A stretch of DNA of 20,000 bases from an uncultured virus (IMG/VR IMGVR_UViG_2061766007_000468) (taxonomy: Duplodnaviria > Heunggongvirae > Uroviricota > Caudoviricetes), in IMG/VR virus record IMGVR_UViG_2061766007_000468; one strand, written 5' to 3'. The translations under genes were made by a program, and so were the position numbers. The notes beneath the pieces were generated by a model. It ran no database searches and was not told the origin of the DNA. It saw only the letters and a program-made list of their open reading frames with translations. Of the stretch, positions 17,565-20,000 are shown piece after piece (positions within the stretch are counted from its first letter, which is position 1; the number at the start of each line of letters is the position of its first letter).

Positions 17565-17951
17565 CTATCGGATCTCGTAGCCTACGCCCTCTACGTCGAA
17601 GAGCGGAATACAGATGCTTTCGTGGTTGTCGTCGTCGTCCAAATCGGCATAATCGACGATTTCTAACGAAATTCTGCTCGTCATGTATTCGAAGATGTGG
17701 TCGAAGTTGTCCGGCCCGTGCGGCCACTTGGGATCTTCAACCTTCTTCATGACATCGTTCACGATGTCGAGGGCCGCCCAAAGCCGTGCGACTGGAACCT
17801 TCAGCATTTCAAGGTCAGCGTCGGTCTTTGGGTAGTCGTAAAGGTCGAACATGGCGGTAAGGGCCTTTGCAAGCGATTCCGCGAAAGATGTAAAGTCGTT
17901 GTCGCCGATACGGACGACGAGATAGGGTGCGTTTTTCGGCTTGTTCGCCAT
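17565..17951 (-). CDS. Hypothetical protein (MANKPKNAPY...); allelic 5' end at 18652-18765 (+)
   Basis: ATG at 17951, stop next to repeat 17537; the allele shows an AACCAAGGAG RBS. Confidence 0.8.
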   Translation of the reverse strand: MANKPKNAPYLVVRIGDNDFTSFAESLAKALTAMFDLYDYPKTDADLEMLKVPVARLWAALDIVNDVMKKVEDPKWPHGPDNFDHIFEYMTSRISLEIVDYADLDDDDNHESICIPLFDVEGVGYEIR

Positions 17952-17969
17952 ATTAAACTNNNNNNNNNN

Positions 17970-18185
17970 CACGACGAACGCCGCGTCCGTGTCACCGTGA
18001 CCAGAACCGACGACAATATGGGCATGTATGATACTGCCCGCGCCAATCCGACGGTCAAGTACGATAATAGCCTGTGGTGCGCCGACAAGGCAGACGCCCG
18101 CAACCTCGCCGAAACGGTGTCGCTCATGTGCAACCACATGCTCACCGCCGAATTCTACAATTTCAGCCTCAACGAACTCAACTAA
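17970..18185 (+). CDS. 3' part of the MKNNPHF protein (inverted contig)
   Basis: Same peptide DERRVRVTVTRTDDNMGMYDTARANPTVKYDNS as 18776-19090 (-). Confidence 0.75.
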   Translation, partial: HDERRVRVTVTRTDDNMGMYDTARANPTVKYDNSLWCADKADARNLAETVSLMCNHMLTAEFYNFSLNELN

Positions 18186-18194
18186 GGAGCAGCC

Positions 18195-18398
18195 ATGAAG
18201 CTTTCAGATCTTTCCGCAGAACAGAAACTGGAACTCAAGCAGAACTTGCTTGAAAAGAAAAACGAAGCCAAGGGAGAAGGAACTTCCTACGGCGAGCTTG
18301 CTGACGCAGACCAGCTCGTGACCGACGCAGAACTCGAAGCCGAATACGGTAACACCGAATTTACTGGCGACGACTTCTGCTGCACGGCTGGCAAGTAA
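18195..18398 (+). CDS. Small acidic hypothetical protein, 67 aa
   Basis: AAGGAG RBS; stop abuts repeat box ACTG at 18398. Confidence 0.8.
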   Translation: MKLSDLSAEQKLELKQNLLEKKNEAKGEGTSYGELADADQLVTDAELEAEYGNTEFTGDDFCCTAGK

Positions 18399-18466
18399 CT
18401 GGAAGTGACCCAGCGGGGCTGACCCACTGGGTTATTTTTATTTTGCACTTATTCAAGGAGCTTGAT

Positions 18467-18634
18467 ATGGCCGAATTTGAAAAATCTTGCTATTACTGCA
18501 AGCATTTCCACAAGCCGAACCGCGTGAAGTGGTGTGGCGAGGAAAAGAAGAACTCGTGCATAGGTGACTGCTGCGACAACTTCGAATGGTGTTCGATGGT
18601 CAAGTCGTGGAAACCCAAGAACAAGCGAAAATAG
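18467..18634 (+). CDS. Small Cys-rich protein (possible metal-binding)
   Basis: CAAGGAG RBS, MAEFEKSCYYCKHF...WC...SCIGDCCDNFEWC. Confidence 0.7.
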   Translation: MAEFEKSCYYCKHFHKPNRVKWCGEEKKNSCIGDCCDNFEWCSMVKSWKPKNKRK

Positions 18635-18775
18635 CAACCAAGGAGTTTAATATGGCGAACAAGCCGAAAAACGCACCCTATCTCGTCGTCCGTCTCGGCG
18701 ACAATGACTTCACAACTTTCGCGGAATCGCTTGCAAAGGCCCTTACCGCCATGTTCGACCTTTACNNNNNNNNNN

Positions 18776-19090
18776 CGAGTTGTCGTACTTGACCGTAGGG
18801 TTGGCGCGAGCAGTATCATACATGCCCATATTGTCATCGGTTCTGGTCACGGTGACACGGACGCGGCGTTCGTCGGTCGTCGCGCTGATGTTCACGTGCA
18901 GCTCGACCGTAGGCCCAGGCTGGCGGTTCTTGCGGTTCACGTAGTTCAGACGGAACAGCAGTACTATCGTAGCGTCACTGACGACTTCCAGACTGATGAA
19001 GTGACTGTTCTTGCCCAGATTGTTACGCAACATCTTGGACTTGTCAAAGTAATCGTAGACTGGCGTGGTGAAATGCGGATTATTCTTCAT
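18776..19090 (-). CDS. Hypothetical protein MKNNPHF..., 5' part
   Basis: RBS and repeat 19140 upstream. Confidence 0.8.
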
Positions 19091-19166
19091 GGATATCTCC
19101 TTTGGTTGAAATGTTCGAAATAAGAATAAGCGGCGAGGTCAGCCCCGCCGCCTACGGTCAAGTTCG

Positions 19167-19289
19167 CTAGTCAAATAAGCTATCGGCGTAATCGGATGTA
19201 GCAGTAGCGTCAACATCCAATGTCTTGAACCCATTCTGACCAGCGATACCATACGGAATCAACACGACGCACCGTGCGGTAAACTTTGA
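19167..19289 (-). CDS. 3' end of hypothetical protein (...KFTARCVVLIPYGIAGQNGFKTLDVDATATSDYADSLFD)
   Basis: This frame stops immediately before repeat 19140, as other cassette genes do. Confidence 0.55.
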   Translation of the reverse strand, partial: SKFTARCVVLIPYGIAGQNGFKTLDVDATATSDYADSLFD

Positions 19290-19788
19290 NNNNNNNNNNN
19301 NNNNNNNNNNNNNNNNNNNNNNNNNNNNNNNNNNNNNNNNNNNNNNNNNNNNNNNNNNNNNNNNNNNNNNNNNNNNNNNNNNNNNNNNNNNNNNNNNNNN
19401 NNNNNNNNNNNNNNNNNNNNNNNNNNNNNNNNNNNNNNNNNNNNNNNNNNNNNNNNNNNNNNNNNNNNNNNNNNNNNNNNNNNNNNNNNNNNNNNNNNNN
19501 NNNNNNNNNNNNNNNNNNNNNNNNNNNNNNNNNNNNNNNNNNNNNNNNNNNNNNNNNNNNNNNNNNNNNNNNNNNNNNNNNNNNNNNNNNNNNNNNNNNN
19601 NNNNNNNNNNNNNNNNNNNNNNNNNNNNNNNNNNNNNNNNNNNNNNNNNNNNNNNNNNNNNNNNNNNNNNNNNNNNNNNNNNNNNNNNNNNNNNNNNNNN
19701 NNNNNNNNNNNNNNNNNNNNNNNNNCATGCGCCCGCGGGGCCGACCTCGCGGGCTATTTCTTAAGTGAACCTCAATCAAGGAGTTGTT

Positions 19789-19953
19789 ATGGCTGAATCT
19801 TTAGAAGACTACGAGCAGCGCGTTGACCGCTGGCTCTGGAAAGCTGGCTACGACAGTGGCGAAATCAATGACTTTATTGTCGAACATGAGGCAGAAATCA
19901 AGGCTGGCTTCGAAGCTGGCACAGATGTAGATGAACTTATCCACAACCTATAG
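19789..19953 (+). CDS. Small acidic hypothetical protein (MAESLEDY...)
   Basis: CAAGGAG RBS and repeat-like hairpin upstream. Confidence 0.75.
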   Translation: MAESLEDYEQRVDRWLWKAGYDSGEINDFIVEHEAEIKAGFEAGTDVDELIHNL

Positions 19954-19963
19954 GAGTTATACC

Positions 19964-20000
19964 ATGAAACACTATCCAGAAGGAATTTACACTTGCACTC
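19964..20000 (+). CDS. 5' end of hypothetical protein (MKHYPEG...)
   Basis: AGGAG RBS; runs off window. Confidence 0.5.
   Translation, partial: MKHYPEGIYTCT

Larger units (their letters stand above)
628..19755 (-). repeat. Dispersed intergenic repeat family (about 29 copies) preceding most genes: two boxes 20 bp apart, often with hairpin, T-tract and AACCAAGGAG RBS
   Basis: Plus-strand CAGYCCCG box at 628, 2611, 2723, 3487, 3964, 4807, 5586, 6067, 7123, 7998, 8633, 9132, 9634, 10106, 11376, 12524, 13025, 13169, 13498, 13707, 14106, 14578, 15322, 16022, 17249, 17537, 19140; opposite orientation at 18398-18421 and about 19731-19755. A second CAGT box lies exactly 20 bp further on in intact copies. 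Confidence 0.95.

Noticed and set aside
17970..18765. Biological inversion (shufflon-like)
   Set aside because: The segment is bounded by 10-N joins and overlaps the neighbouring genes in reverse; most simply a mis-oriented allelic contig

Overview
A heavily gapped, strain-mixed scaffold (many 10-N joins, near-identical allelic fragments, one inverted contig at about 17970-18765) from what looks like the hypervariable early/accessory region of a large phage or phage-like element. It holds about 35 short, mostly unknown genes, almost all on the minus strand. Recognisable ones are a GP88-like Cys-rich protein and a DUF1281/YubB-like protein. The dominant structure is an intergenic element with about 29 copies. 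In the gene sense it reads stop-ACTG(G/A)-N-CGGG(A/G)CTG-(T-rich)-AACCAAGGAG-ATG, and the two ACTG/GCTG boxes start exactly 20 bp apart. It divides the region into one- or two-gene cassettes, and allelic contigs show different gene neighbours next to it. Also present: a tRNA-shaped RNA with a 51-nt structured insert in place of the anticodon loop, and a recurring anti-RBS motif (CTCCCTGGTT) just before stand-alone terminators. No integrase, structural or replication gene is visible.
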